The notes below the pieces were generated by a model. It was not told where the DNA came from. It made no database searches and worked only from the letters and a program-made list of their open reading frames with translations. DNA of 59,028 nucleotides, the filler included, from Sphacelaria rigidula (lineage: Eukaryota): the NCBI GenBank assembly GCA_964200075.2. It is 5 parts of 5 records of this genome, joined end to end, with 100 filler letters (N's around TTAATTAATTAA, not from the genome) between each part and the next. Parts side by side here need not be neighbours in the genome. Positions count along the whole stretch, not along the records: positions 35,481 to 47,204 come from CAXNAA020004588.1; positions 47,305 to 59,028 come from CAXNAA020004589.1; 3 more parts are not named here. One strand, 5' to 3'. The stretch's first letter is position 1; the number at the start of each line of letters is the position of its first letter. This document shows positions 39,616 through 50,920 of this stretch, one piece after another. The position numbers and the translations under genes were made by a program.

Positions 39616-40527
39616 TCAATCTTGGGCGCTTGGGCGACTCGGGCTTTTTCGCCCCAGTCGCCTGTTATCTGTAGATGACTATGGGATGGACACGTGGGGC
39701 AAGCAGTGGCCGTTAGATATTATTGGTTGAGACACTTGTGCAAGTATTCGTCTGTGGACAACTACCCGACAATAATGTGAGGCAAACCGTCGTCTGTAGA
39801 TAACTGCAAGGTGGAAGAGCTGTGCGGCTGTTACAGTCACTTGCGAACAATTTCCGATCCAGAATATCCGGAAAACCAGTCGTATGTGAACAACCCTTAT
39901 CCGAAACATGCGCGCGACTAAACATGCAACAATAACCATCGCGCGAAAGCTACGCAAGTAGACAGATATGCGGCTCAATAGCCATTTCTCACACGGGATT
40001 GGCACGTCCGCCGGGACCTATCTTACCGACACCATCGACTGCCACAGTCCGATGGTCTAATGATACAACTGGCACCATTGCGGAAGGGAATACGCCGTTC
40101 CAAGTGCAGCCAAATGTGTCCATACTTGAATTTGTTTCGTGAGTATCTGATTTCCGTAGTTGAACACGAGAGGATGTGAGTGGAAATTCATCCCTTTGCG
40201 TTGCTGCGTTTGACGACAATCGAAGCGGTGCGGCGTTGCCGATCAAATCCGCAACATTAACCTGTGAGGTTTGTACCAGGGGACAGATGACTTGGACCCT
40301 TGAGACCATGAACTTGTCCCGAGGAAAGGAGGGAGTAGAAAGTGAGACCGAACAAGAGCAAAACCTTGCAGTCGCGAGCCGAACCGTCACCCCCCGTCAC
40401 TTCTGCGTCCCCACCCACGTTTCATCTTATCATTTGTCTCTATCGCCTGCCTGTCCGTCTACTCATCTCTGTATTTCTTCCTGTCCCTCCCCTCTTTTTC
40501 ATCACCCATGCACATTTACCTCATCAC

Positions 40528-40832
40528 CTGAATAACTTGTCCTGACCCGTCGACCCCGCGATTCCAGAGCGGGCTGCCAGTTTCGGAGGCGCTCTGTACA
40601 ATGCGCGACGCGATCGCGTTGGACATTTCCCCTCGCGGCAAGGGGGACACCCTGGCCACCTCGCTTCTAGATGCCAAGAACGACACCAGTCCCATAAGGC
40701 ATGACGTACGCTCTCGGTCGGAGAGGACCAGCAGCTCCATGGAAGACGATGAAGTCGACGATTGCGGCGTTGGTGATACGGTGTCATCGGCGGAGTTTGC
40801 GGCCGACTGGTGCAACAAAAGGTGATCAATGC
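40528..40832 (-). CDS. Exon of subtilisin-like S8 protease: ...CLMGLVSFLASRSEVARVSP...SNAIASRIVQSASETGSPLWNRGVDGSGQVIQ
   Basis: Acceptor ccgacAG, donor CAG|GTGATG; 305 nt (2+303). 'LWxxGxDGxGQVIxV' immediately precedes the catalytic D-[ST]-G motif in S8 proteases (KP-43-like). Catalytic exons were not found in the window. Confidence 0.78.
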
Positions 40833-41200
40833 CTGTCGGTTCATACAATAGACGAAGGGCACCCGCGAGGTATTCAGTAGCAGACGGGAAGAAAGAAGAG
40901 GGCACGAGGCTAGTACTCCCTTCAGCAGTTGCCGTGTGTCTGGCAGTTCCCCACTTCGAGTATCAACAGACACGGCAACTGCCAATGATCGGAGTCGGAC
41001 TCATGTCCCGGAGGTTTCGGTACTACACGAGAGCTTGCATGTACATGCTATGATGCGGACAACGACAAAGAGCGGCTGTAGCATAAAATATGAACTGACT
41101 CTACTCCTCATACGTGCAGTGTACTTGCATTTCCGAACGCTTCCCGACATAAGGTGCACACGCGCATGCTGCACTGCATATTACCTCGGGAAACACTCAC

Positions 41201-42411
41201 CTCTGAGGGTCATGAAGCCAGTCGCTTCGGAGGCTACCCTGACATCGTCCCACCCACACGCACGAGCAGGAGAAACGTCCGCGCTATCCGCCAGCGCGTG
41301 CACTACTCTCGCAGCCCCGACCCACTCCCGCACGTGCATTGCCGCCGTCGCGTAGCTACCGTCCTCTCCCCAGACATCTCCCCCAACCCCGACTCCCGGA
41401 GCACGACGGCTTCCAGCATCGCCTACGCGCATAGGAGCTTGCTTCGCCGTCGCCACCGCCGCCGGCGCTGCTTCATCCTGTGGGTCAGACCAAAACGAGA
41501 GCCTGTACAGGTCGAGTACCGGGGAACCCCATTCTCGACGCCATCGCTCGGCCGTGGCATGTTCGTCACCGGGTGTTACTGAGCCCGGGGAGAGGGAGAC
41601 GATCAAGCCGCCTTTATTTATCGCCTTCCCGGGTACCGTTGTCAGTACATCCTCATGATCGCCATGTTGATCCGTCGGTCGATTTGAGCTACCGCTCTCC
41701 GTGTCGCGTTGAGTTTTGCGCATCTCCGCCGTCGCGGCAGAACCCAAGTGGTCCAGCATCGTCGGAGCAATCTTGAGGGTAGGAGGAAGAGTCACGAACC
41801 CCTCCAAAAGCCGTATCCCCCCGTCTCGGCTAGAGGTTTCATTATCACCTACAGCGGCCGAATGATCTAGTGGAGTCTTCGGCAACCGCAAGCCGTTATC
41901 TTCCGTCCCCACCCGTCTTTCCCCCTCTCCTTGTTCCGACACACCGAGTAGAAGGGAGTCTACTGCCGCCGCATTGGCGTGCACTAAGAAACACGTCCCA
42001 TACCGTCGGCCGTGCGACAGGGTCGCTAAGGATGTCGCCGAAAACGTCTCCGCCAGGAAATCTCGAGCGGCGCGCGCATTGCTGTGGCTTGTAAAGACTA
42101 CATAGGTTCCCCAGCCTGCGCCTCCTGAACTGCCACCATCTGCACTCTCCTTTCCGATGGTATTGCCTGCAGATGTAGGTGCGTCGCCGTCGTCGTGGGC
42201 AAGACGTCGAGTTTTTCGTTCCGGATCGTTGACTGATGGTGTCTGATGCCCCTCAGATATATCCAGGCCCTCGGATGTTGTTGTTGCTGCTGCTGCTTCC
42301 AGTAAACGATTGTGTTGCCAGTCCACGGCAAGCTGAAATGCATTCTCTTCGCCTTCGAATTCTCGTCTGTCGCGTGTAACCGGCAAGTTTGAACTCTCAG
42401 TTTTCAAAGTA
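41201..42411 (-). CDS. Large exon of a subtilisin-like (peptidase S8) protease, N-terminal/pro-region
   Basis: Inside the 421-aa ORF 41181-42446. Probable acceptor gtacctccaaAG (alternative atttcAG at 42333). Donor AG|GTGAGT in phase 1 splices in frame to the next exon (FMTLR-G-IDHLL). Confidence 0.72.
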
Positions 42412-43829
42412 CTTTGGAGGTACAATTGGGACAGTGAAATGAACACTCAGTGACCGCGTGAGATGAGCTTATCTGCAAGTATACTCTCTCCTGCTTAAAA
42501 AAGGATGTCGCCTGTGGCATTTGCTGATTCTCCCCTGTATCTCAAGCCACCACCTTCTATAAAAAGGGAATGTGATAGATGTATCATGTGTTAGGAAACA
42601 AATATTGGCACGTTGCAGGTCAACGACAACCAAATCGTGGGGTTTAGATATCAAGATTCGAGATAGCGCTGGCGCTTCAGCATTCAACGTCCGTGTACGA
42701 CCTGATCGTCGCCCATACTTTCATCGAGGGGGTTGTCAGCCAGTTTCGCGCTGGCAGTTTTCTTCTTGTCCTCATGCAGCTTTGAACACCACCGTATTCG
42801 TAGATGACTGCGAACGTTGTGAGTTTGGCGGTTTCGCAATGCACACCTGAACCCAAGTTCTTCCGGGAAAATCGCAGCACGCACCATGCATCACCAACTG
42901 TGAGAACGGTTGAAACTGATCTCACAGATAAGGGGCCAAGTATAGATGGCGTTGTGGAGGAGAATAGGACAATGAGAGACTAGGGAGGGTGGGGTAGGTC
43001 GCTGCTTCGGTGTCCGCTACCACCCCGTGCGGATTGTTTTGTTGCGAGAGACTGTTCATCTCGCACTACCTCGTCCATAGCCTTAAGATTTTATCAGCAT
43101 GATGGTGCAAAAGGCTCGACTTGACTTGTTCCCAAGAACTTCATCATCTGAAATCCTTGAGTTAAGTCGGATACCTTGTGAAGAATATATATTCTATTGT
43201 AGCATGCTTGTGATTCCTTGCTCCAGCGAGCCCATTGGCCCAACCGTGCCTTTTCTGGACTGGTGCTAACAAACCTCAGGCGTCATTCCTGACCAGAGTT
43301 TCGGGGAGGCATAGCCCGAAATCCGTAAGGTAGCCGGAAACTGCCCCGAATGGGGGGCGTACTCATTTGTTGCTTGCCTTAGTCATTTGACCATTGACCA
43401 CGCATCCCTTTCGAGACGGAGCACCGTGTTCGGGGGGGGGAAAGGGTGCTGGAAATGCTGCTATGCTGCTGTCCGCCATATCCCAGTCGTATTAAGAGTC
43501 GCCTCACAAGAAAGTGAATTGGTTGTGAAGGGCTTTGCCATCTTGTAGCCGCCATATCAACATGGTTATTTTGTTGTCATCAGCCTGACCATCTGATTAG
43601 GGTGGGAGTACAGCAAAATATGTGAGGCTACAAGGCATGGAAACCTTTTCTGTTGCACAGATCAACGTCGTGGTGTTTCCACAGATGATCAATGAACACC
43701 ATACCTTCCAGGCTACCGGGAGTCCTTAGAAATGGGAACGAACCCTTTTGTGGGAATAGCATATAAAAGCAACGATGGGGTTTGGAATTGGCCGAGGAGG
43801 TTGCCGAGTCCCCCTCCCCCCCTTCACCC

Positions 43830-46620
43830 GGGGGAGCGGGGAGGGTAGGATTCTCAGTCAAGGAATATCTGTGAAACAGAGTAGAGGTGATCGACGACAC
43901 GAAATTCGACGAGATCATATATATGGCTAAAGGTACCAGGAGAGCGGGGAATAAAGGACTCCGTCGCAGGTAACGTCTACATGCTCTCAGAATCAAAGAG
44001 TAGGGTGAACGATATACAAAGGAGGTTTGGAGAGATATGTGACGGAAATACGCCGTCACGTTGAGTTGGTAGTAATGATCTGGATAATGACTGGGGGCAC
44101 GGGGATTTTGCAGGATTCTGGGAGGATTTCGGATAATGACTGGGGACACGGGGATGATACCCTGCGTGTCTAGGAGGTTGGTGCCTGGAAGGGCACTCCT
44201 GATAATGAGATGTTATAAAGGCTGACAACTGAAACTGAGGCCAGCAAGGCAGGGGACTCCTTCAATAGCAGTGATCCACCAGTTCTTCTTTTGGCTGGCG
44301 TCACAGATAGCAGCAGACGTACATACGAATAAAAGGCAAGAAGTAGTGTTAGTGGGAGACTTTTGTGCAAGGGTAGGAAGAGCAGGTCAACCGGATGATA
44401 TTGTTGAGCAATACGGGGAAGATAAGAAGAACACCAATGGGGTGGAAATGTTCAAATTCCTCAAGAATACCGAGATGAAGAGGCTGAATGATAGAGCACA
44501 AAAGCCAGAGGCGCAATGGGCATGGACTAGGACATGCAAAAACGTGATTGAACGTTCCGTTCTTGACTATATAGTGGTAGAGCATGGAAATAGTGAAGAA
44601 ATAAAAATACATGTATGCGTGGAGGACGTGGGAACCACACATCACTGCCTAATATGGACAGAAAGCCAACAGACGAGAGCTAAAAGAAATAGGCGTGGTA
44701 GGAAGTTGTACAAATGGAGAACCGATAAACTAGATATGGAAGAGAAACGGCAAGAGTTCCAAGAAGAGATGGTCGAAAATACAGTGAAATATTCCGAGAT
44801 GTTGGAACGTGTAGGTACAGTTGATACCGAAATGGACAGAAATCGGGCAGGAGCGAAGGTCGAAGAAGGATGAGAGCAGCAGGTCAAGAACACATCGAGT
44901 AAAGTCATAGGGAGGAAATTGATCGTATGCAACACAGCAGTAAACTGGCGGGATGGGAACGTAAAAGAGGCTACAGGAGTAAGGAGAGAGAGACCCACCC
45001 GAGATCGATGTCGAGCCAAAGTACGGGAGGATGGGAGGAGTATACTACAGCTCGAAAAGAAGTACAAAATACGGTACAACAGAGAAGAAGGACGTTTGTG
45101 AAGGTGCAGTGAATATAACAGATGAAGACTTCGATGGCGGGATGGAACAAATGTGGGCAGGGATGGAAGGGATAACGGGAAACCAGGCAGGAGAGATGGA
45201 GAAGGAAATACCCACACTTCGGGGGCACAAAACGGTAAAATCGTCAGTAGTTCGAGGGGGAAGATAGAAGTGCCAGTCGAGCACTACCGTAAACTAGGAA
45301 CACCAGAAAACAACCACGGAGTTCGACATAGAATTCGAAAACGAAATCAACGCGTGGGCGGAGGCAAATATAGAGACATTGAAACGGGAGGATAGAGGCT
45401 CGTAAGAATTGCATAGAGAGTTCACTAGATGTGAAGTATAGGGGTGCATACCTAAACTCAAGAACAAAAATGCAGCAGAGGCAGACGGCATAGTGAACGA
45501 GTTTCTGAAGCATGGGGGGGAAGGAAGGATTACCCGGATGATTATGCTGTATAACTGGATCCGGGAAAACGAGTACACAACTAAGAGGTGAAGAGAAGGA
45601 GTAGTCATCGATCTTTTCGAAACAGGAGACAAGGCTGTCCCAGGGTACTATTAGGGGATAACGCTACTGACCACGGTAGGAAAAACGTTCTGTAAGATTC
45701 TAAACGATAGAGTAGGAACGATGCTAGAAAATGAAGGGAAAGTTAGCGAGGGATGAGCAAGATTTATACCAAACCGTAGTTGCGTATACCATGTGTACAC
45801 ACCGAGTAAAATCATTCAGGGTAGGAACGACGCCGGGCTGACAATGTACTGTTTCTTTCTGGAAGTACAATAAGCTTATGATACAGTATGGATAAATGGG
45901 TTGTGGAAATAATTATGGGAAGCTGGGATCAGAGGAACGATGTGGAGAATGGTGAAGAAGATGACAGAATATGCCAAAAGCGTCATGATGCTAGGCGGGA
46001 AAATACCGAAATATTCTGATATTCTAGAAGGAGTTGCACAAGGACGTACGTCATCACCCACTTCATTCTAGGTATCTATTAATGACTTGATACTAGCAAT
46101 AGAAGCAGAGAATCAAGGAGTCAAGGTGGGTGAAAATATGGTATCAGGCTTTATGTTCGCGGATGATTTTGTGGGGATTTCAGAAACACCAGAAGGATTA
46201 CAACAACAGATAGACAAAGAGCGACAGCGAATGTTAACAAATGCGCGGTATTCGTCTGTACCAAAGATGAAACAAATCCGGTCGATTTCAAGTGGAAGCG
46301 AGGAGAAGAAGAACTGCCGGTCGTAGACCAGTGTACACACCTTGGCGTAGAGATCTCACAACACTGTTCATGGGATGCACACATGAACAAAGTAGTAATA
46401 GAAAATGGTAAGGCACAGGTAGGCAGAATGGATGTGATCCTCAGAGACCCGCACCTAGACACTAGGATAAAGATATGTATCCTGATGAACGTGATCGTAC
46501 ATCAAGCTGGAATATGCAGGAAAAGTATGAGAGGGGAACATGAAGTTGGGGAAGAAGTTGGCAACAGTACAGATGGCAGCAGCCAAAGATAGCAGTAGCT
46601 AAGAAGATACTTGAATGCTC
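43830..46620 (+). mobile_element. Degenerate 5'-truncated LINE (APE endonuclease + reverse transcriptase)
   Basis: Endonuclease motifs: G(R)VGF.VK, GNVYM, VGDF.AR, SVLDYI, TTHHCLI. RT motifs: AAEADGI..E.LK.GG, Y*GITLL, GVAQG..SPT, FADDF, YTHLG. Many stops and frameshifts. Confidence 0.9.
44038..44305. mobile_element. 268-bp solo LTR inserted in the LINE endonuclease domain
   Basis: Termini TGTGACG...CGTCACA (perfect 7-bp inverted, TG..CA); GATA duplicated at 44034-44037 and 44306-44309. Removal restores the LINE frame RRFGEIAADVHTNKRQEVVLVGDF. Confidence 0.88.
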
Positions 46621-46803
46621 GAAAAAAGAGTAGAGTTGGGGATGTACTCACTTTATACAAACCGAGGACAAGCAAAAGATGAGTACGCCCCCACACACCC
46701 TCATTAGTCTGGTCCGGCGAGAACCCGGTGTGCTACGTCCCCGCTTTGCAGCGGCGGACCCCCAATGGGGTTGGCGTCGGTTGGCGATGACGCCTACAAA
46801 AGA

Positions 46804-46987
46804 GTCATCCTACAGTAGGGGGGGGGGGTATTTGGTTCCAAACGGTGTCAAGGAGTGTGAATGAGCGTTATTGATCCACAAACAAGCTTGATCGAACAAC
46901 CGTTGCTGCTTTCAACGACGATCTGACTCGAAATTTCGAGCAACAAATAAATGGCCTAAAATACCCCCCCCACTATCGTAGGATGAC
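46804..46987. mobile_element. MITE with ~30-bp TIRs (AGTCATCCTAC..TAG-G-run-TATTT)
   Basis: Inverted ends AGTCATCCTACAGTAGGGG... and ...CCCCACTATCGTAGGATGACT. Another copy of one end lies at 11670-11727. Confidence 0.7.
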
Positions 46988-48254
46988 TGAAAATACGCCG
47001 CTCACTGCGCAGGCTAGGAAAACAGGTTACCGATTTGTTTCGCGCGCTTGCGTGTTGTTTGCGGCAAACATGATGGTAGTCGAGCTCGATCATTTTGTGC
47101 GGCGTGGGAGAACCTCAACTCCGCACAATGTGTATGATCGTACTACGTACGAGCTGGGCCAGCCCAGAAACGGATTTAACCTGGCAGAGCAATATCTCAT
47201 CACCNNNNNNNNNNNNNNNNNNNNNNNNNNNNNNNNNNNNNNNNNNNNTTAATTAATTAANNNNNNNNNNNNNNNNNNNNNNNNNNNNNNNNNNNNNNNN
47301 NNNNAGAGTCTAGAGGTGAGGGCTGAGGGGGGAGGGGGGGGGGGGGGTAAAGGGTAAGAAACGCACATAAACAACCAAATTAAGTAAGCACGATAGTGAA
47401 ATATACTTCGCCGTTCTGGTGTATGCGGAAATGCGGCTGCGGGAAAAGCACTCTTGACACAACGTGTTGAACACGTAGATGACGGACATGGGGGTTGAAA
47501 CACGGTATGTTGAAGCTGCTTGCACATGAAAAGTGCGGGCAACTCTAATCGCTTCAGCAACATGAGTACCTGACGATTCAGACTTCACCAGGTCTTCGGC
47601 ACTGGATAACTCTTTTTTTTTTCCTTCACACATATTTATGTGAAAACACAGACTGCAGCGGGATTCCGCGAAAGAAGGGGAGAAGGCGGCCCCGTGCGAA
47701 AAAGTCGCGGATAATTGTATCGTGATACGACCCACGATGTCACGCGTCGGGCTGCTCTTCGCTAGTTGCAACTTCAACCAAGACGATGAGAACCGGTGGG
47801 ATTCGCCAAACATGATATCACGCCATGCCCGAGCTCTCCACGTATCCACCGCACTACCGTGGCATATAACACAAGCGCATCACGACGGCGACGTACAAGA
47901 CACACAATACTAATGTGCAGCCAAGAGAGTGGTGCTAGGTAGGGATGCACGATATATTTCTCAGGTTTGGATCGTTAGGAGCCCTCCCTGCCATCCAAAC
48001 AACGACATGAGAAAGTTGGGGAAGCACGCCACGATTAGCAGTTCAATGGGCGAGGGATCTCTCCAATAAAATCTAAAACGGGAGTATCCTAACCCATATT
48101 CTCGTGTAACTCCTAAATTTAGGAGCCCCTCGACAAAAAAAACATCTGGGTCCGAGCTTGCAGCCCTCACCGTGGCATGACTCAAAGCAAACCTTGAGAG
48201 AACACGAAGACTCCATATCTCCACAAACTTGACCCAGTCGTCGGACTAAACAAG

Positions 48255-48255
<1 letters not shown>

Positions 48256-48304
<49 letters not shown>
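48256..48304. repeat. (CA)n microsatellite, intronic
   Basis: Directly visible. Confidence 0.98.
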
Positions 48305-48306
<2 letters not shown>

Positions 48307-48315
48307 GTAGCCCAC

Positions 48316-48636
48316 CTCTTGAAGAAACCCGCCCATCTCTTTCAAACCCGCTGCCGTGTCCACGTACGTCACAGCGCTGTCGGGGAGATCCATCCGCAAA
48401 TATTCACCCGGCTCGCCCTCCCAATCGTCACCTTTCCCCACTAACGCCTCCTCCACCGTCGGCGCATCTTCGAGAAGTCGCACAGAGCAGCAAACCAGAT
48501 CGTAGGTGTCCGCATTTACACCATTCTTCAGGGTAAGCGGCAATGCGTTCTCTCGTCCTCCTTCTGCATCGCCGGTGGCTCCTCTCGAGAAACGGCGTCG
48601 CGTGTCCGGGGTGGGACGGCCGGTGATGTAGAGGAG
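48316..48636 (-). CDS. Exon g: end of OB fold (LLYITGRP...YDLVCCSVRLLE) and putative lead-in of a DEDDy 3'-5' exonuclease domain (YLRMDLPDSAVTYVDTAAGLKEM)
   Basis: Acceptor cccccaAG, donor GAG|GTGGGC; 321 nt, phase 0/0, inside ORF 48073-48924. Downstream exons are not visible before the gap at 47205-47304. Confidence 0.78.
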
Positions 48637-49094
48637 CTTGGGGGGTGGGGTGATTTCGGCGGAGTTCCGGCCGTTGTTTGGTGTATTTTTATTGCATCGA
48701 GACGTTTGTCGTCGTTTCCATGCCACGGCGAAAATTTGAGGGAGTGGTGGTGGTGGAGGGTGATCAAGATGGGGAAGGGGGATGAAACCGGGTGAGCTCG
48801 CACGAGTAACTGGCGTGTAGCACATGAACACGCGAGAATAGACAGCAATAGACTTCAGTGTGATTGATTGACTGATTGGTTGGTTACATATATATATATA
48901 TACATACATTTTTTTCAAAACCAAGTTAATAACTCAAATTATTTTTATTGATGTATGCCTCAATTCGGTATGTTTTTTTAGCCAAACTTTTTGGGTTTTA
49001 TCTTTTGTAATAACGCTTACTGTGTTCTTATTAGTACAAGTTCATGTAACTTGACAGGCAATTTTGAAGTACGAAATATACTGTTATAGAAGAT

Positions 49095-49453
49095 CATCTT
49101 GTTTACCTTACTCTGTGTGTTGTCGTCCCCTCTACTCTGGACGCCGGTCAACACAATTCGGTATATGTGAGCGCACCGGCCGGCGTCACACAAGAGGAAA
49201 AGTTATTTTTTATTTTGTTTTCGTTCTCCATCTTCCTCCTACGGTGCTTGCCTTCGTTTTTTATCGCGAGAGGGGTTCAGTAGTCCTTTTCCCTCATCGA
49301 CCACTATGTTGCATTTGGTGTTCCCAGAACGTGTTCGCTCTCGACTTATGGGCACTGTGTGAGAAAAGATCCCAGATCACTCCGAGAGTTGAACCCACGA
49401 CTCAATCATCAGAAGGTTTCGAGGTTACCAACTGAGCCACCGGGACGACCGGC
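49095..49453 (-). mobile_element. tRNA-derived SINE (family B), intronic
   Basis: Minus-strand head GCCGGTCGTCCCGGTGGCTCAGTTGGTAAC...GGGTTCAACTCTC with A/B boxes; I could not fold it into a complete cloverleaf. Confidence 0.65.
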
Positions 49454-49660
49454 ACCTGGCTAAAAACAATTTTTATATATAAAAATATAAATCACGAATA
49501 TTGGAGCATAACTGATTGATAATCGCGTATTTACGAGCGTTGTGCTATCCGGGCAAGCGGGGAGTCGAAACCACAAAGATCGAGGTTGTATCAAATGAAG
49601 AGGCGGCAACGATCAGAAACGATCCGGACGTCGTTGAAAAGAAAACGTGGGTACATGTAC

Positions 49661-49747
49661 CTGCCCGCGCTTGACGCCCCTCATAACCACACGAGCTTCT
49701 TCCTCTCCGAGCCTGGTAACCAACGTTTTGCCCATTATCAGCTGGAC
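49661..49747 (-). CDS. Exon f (OB fold): VQLIMGKTLVTRLGEEEARVVMRGVKRGQ
   Basis: Strong polypyrimidine tract + ttccAG, donor CAG|GTACAT; 87 nt, phase 0/0. The 'VQL...helix...KRGQ' pattern matches the LysRS/AspRS anticodon-binding OB fold. Confidence 0.82.
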
Positions 49748-50267
49748 CTGGAAGAGCGACGCAAAGGGAACGGAATCACGATAAAAAAGAAAGGGACATT
49801 CAAGAGAGACCGACGTCACCAGGAGGGGAATAGCAAGAGGGACCACTGCACGAGTGTAGGCTGCACGCAAACACCAACATACCCGCACACGACGATCTTG
49901 TTCGCAGGGTACGTTTTGTCGGAGTGTTTTGTCCCAAATCAACTACGCAGGAGTACGCACCGTAAGTCACATTCAGCACCTACGGTCTACTCTATTACTC
50001 CCGCAAACGCCCAAGACGTCGCTGAGTAAAAAGCCCATCATAGTACCCGGGCGGATTTCAAGGTACAACATGCACATCGAATGACGCAGCAACAAACGCA
50101 AAAGCGAAACACCCGTTCAAACCTTGTACGCGGGAATTGGCCTTGCTGCCAACTGCAAACTGAAGAAACGTACGTACAATGATGGCGGCGGTCGAATCAC
50201 AACCAACACGACGCGGGAAATTTTCTGGAATTTTTTCCGTACAGGGGTCAGGCCTTGATAAACTCAC

Positions 50268-50375
50268 CTGCACTGGGCGAGGAGGGCTGCCGTCGGCCGT
50301 CGCTGGTCCAATCCATGACTTTCGGACCAAGCACGTCTGATCCGTGACTACTGACAGCGGCTCCATCGGCGGCAC
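50268..50375 (-). CDS. Exon e (OB-fold insertion loop): VPPMEPLSVVTDQTCLVRKSWIGPATADGSPPRPVQ
   Basis: Acceptor gaacaAG (an upstream alternative at ~50458 is possible), donor CAG|GTGAGT; 108 nt, phase 0/0. Confidence 0.7.
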
Positions 50376-50920
50376 CTTGTTCATTATTTTTTCGAGTAAA
50401 ATTGGTTTTGCCTCGTGAAAGCCCTTCTCCTTGTCACTCAGTTGGAACAACACAACACTGGTTGTCCTTCATCACGATAGATGCGGTCATGTAAAAACGT
50501 TGACTATTCGCACACCGATAGAGTAGTGTTTTGGCTCATTATTCCTCCACAGGAGATTTTCGACCTACCAAGCTCCTTCATCGCAGAGGAGACTCGGTAC
50601 GTACAGCAACCCCCGCTGCCCCGCGCAGCAAACACAGCCGTCGACATACAGAGGCACGGGCCAATCGCCCCCAACAGCTGACGACGCGAACCGTAAGCCT
50701 CACGCGGAATCACCGCCTCCACACACATTACAAATTAAACGAGAACAAGAACCAAGATGATGCGCGTGAACGAATCACACGCCATACAGGTGCGGCCGAA
50801 AACCAAAGGAGAGGACACAACTCTCATGTGCTTCCACTTTTGCAATAATAACTCCCAAGCACGCGCAGCGCGTTTATTTTGCAGTAACTTCATGATCACA
50901 CCTACGCCGAAACTGCTCAC

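Noticed and set aside
49375-49453. Functional tRNA gene (also 20465-20539 and 54125-54198)
   Set aside because: A/B boxes are present but I could not form a proper acceptor stem or cloverleaf, and each is fused to a repeat body: SINE heads.
50566-50615. Extra exon RGLLYVPSLLCDEGA plus a longer exon e starting at ~50458
   Set aside because: Phase-compatible, but it would insert ~40 aa into the OB fold; the direct VDL-VPP join is more parsimonious. Not excluded without RNA data.
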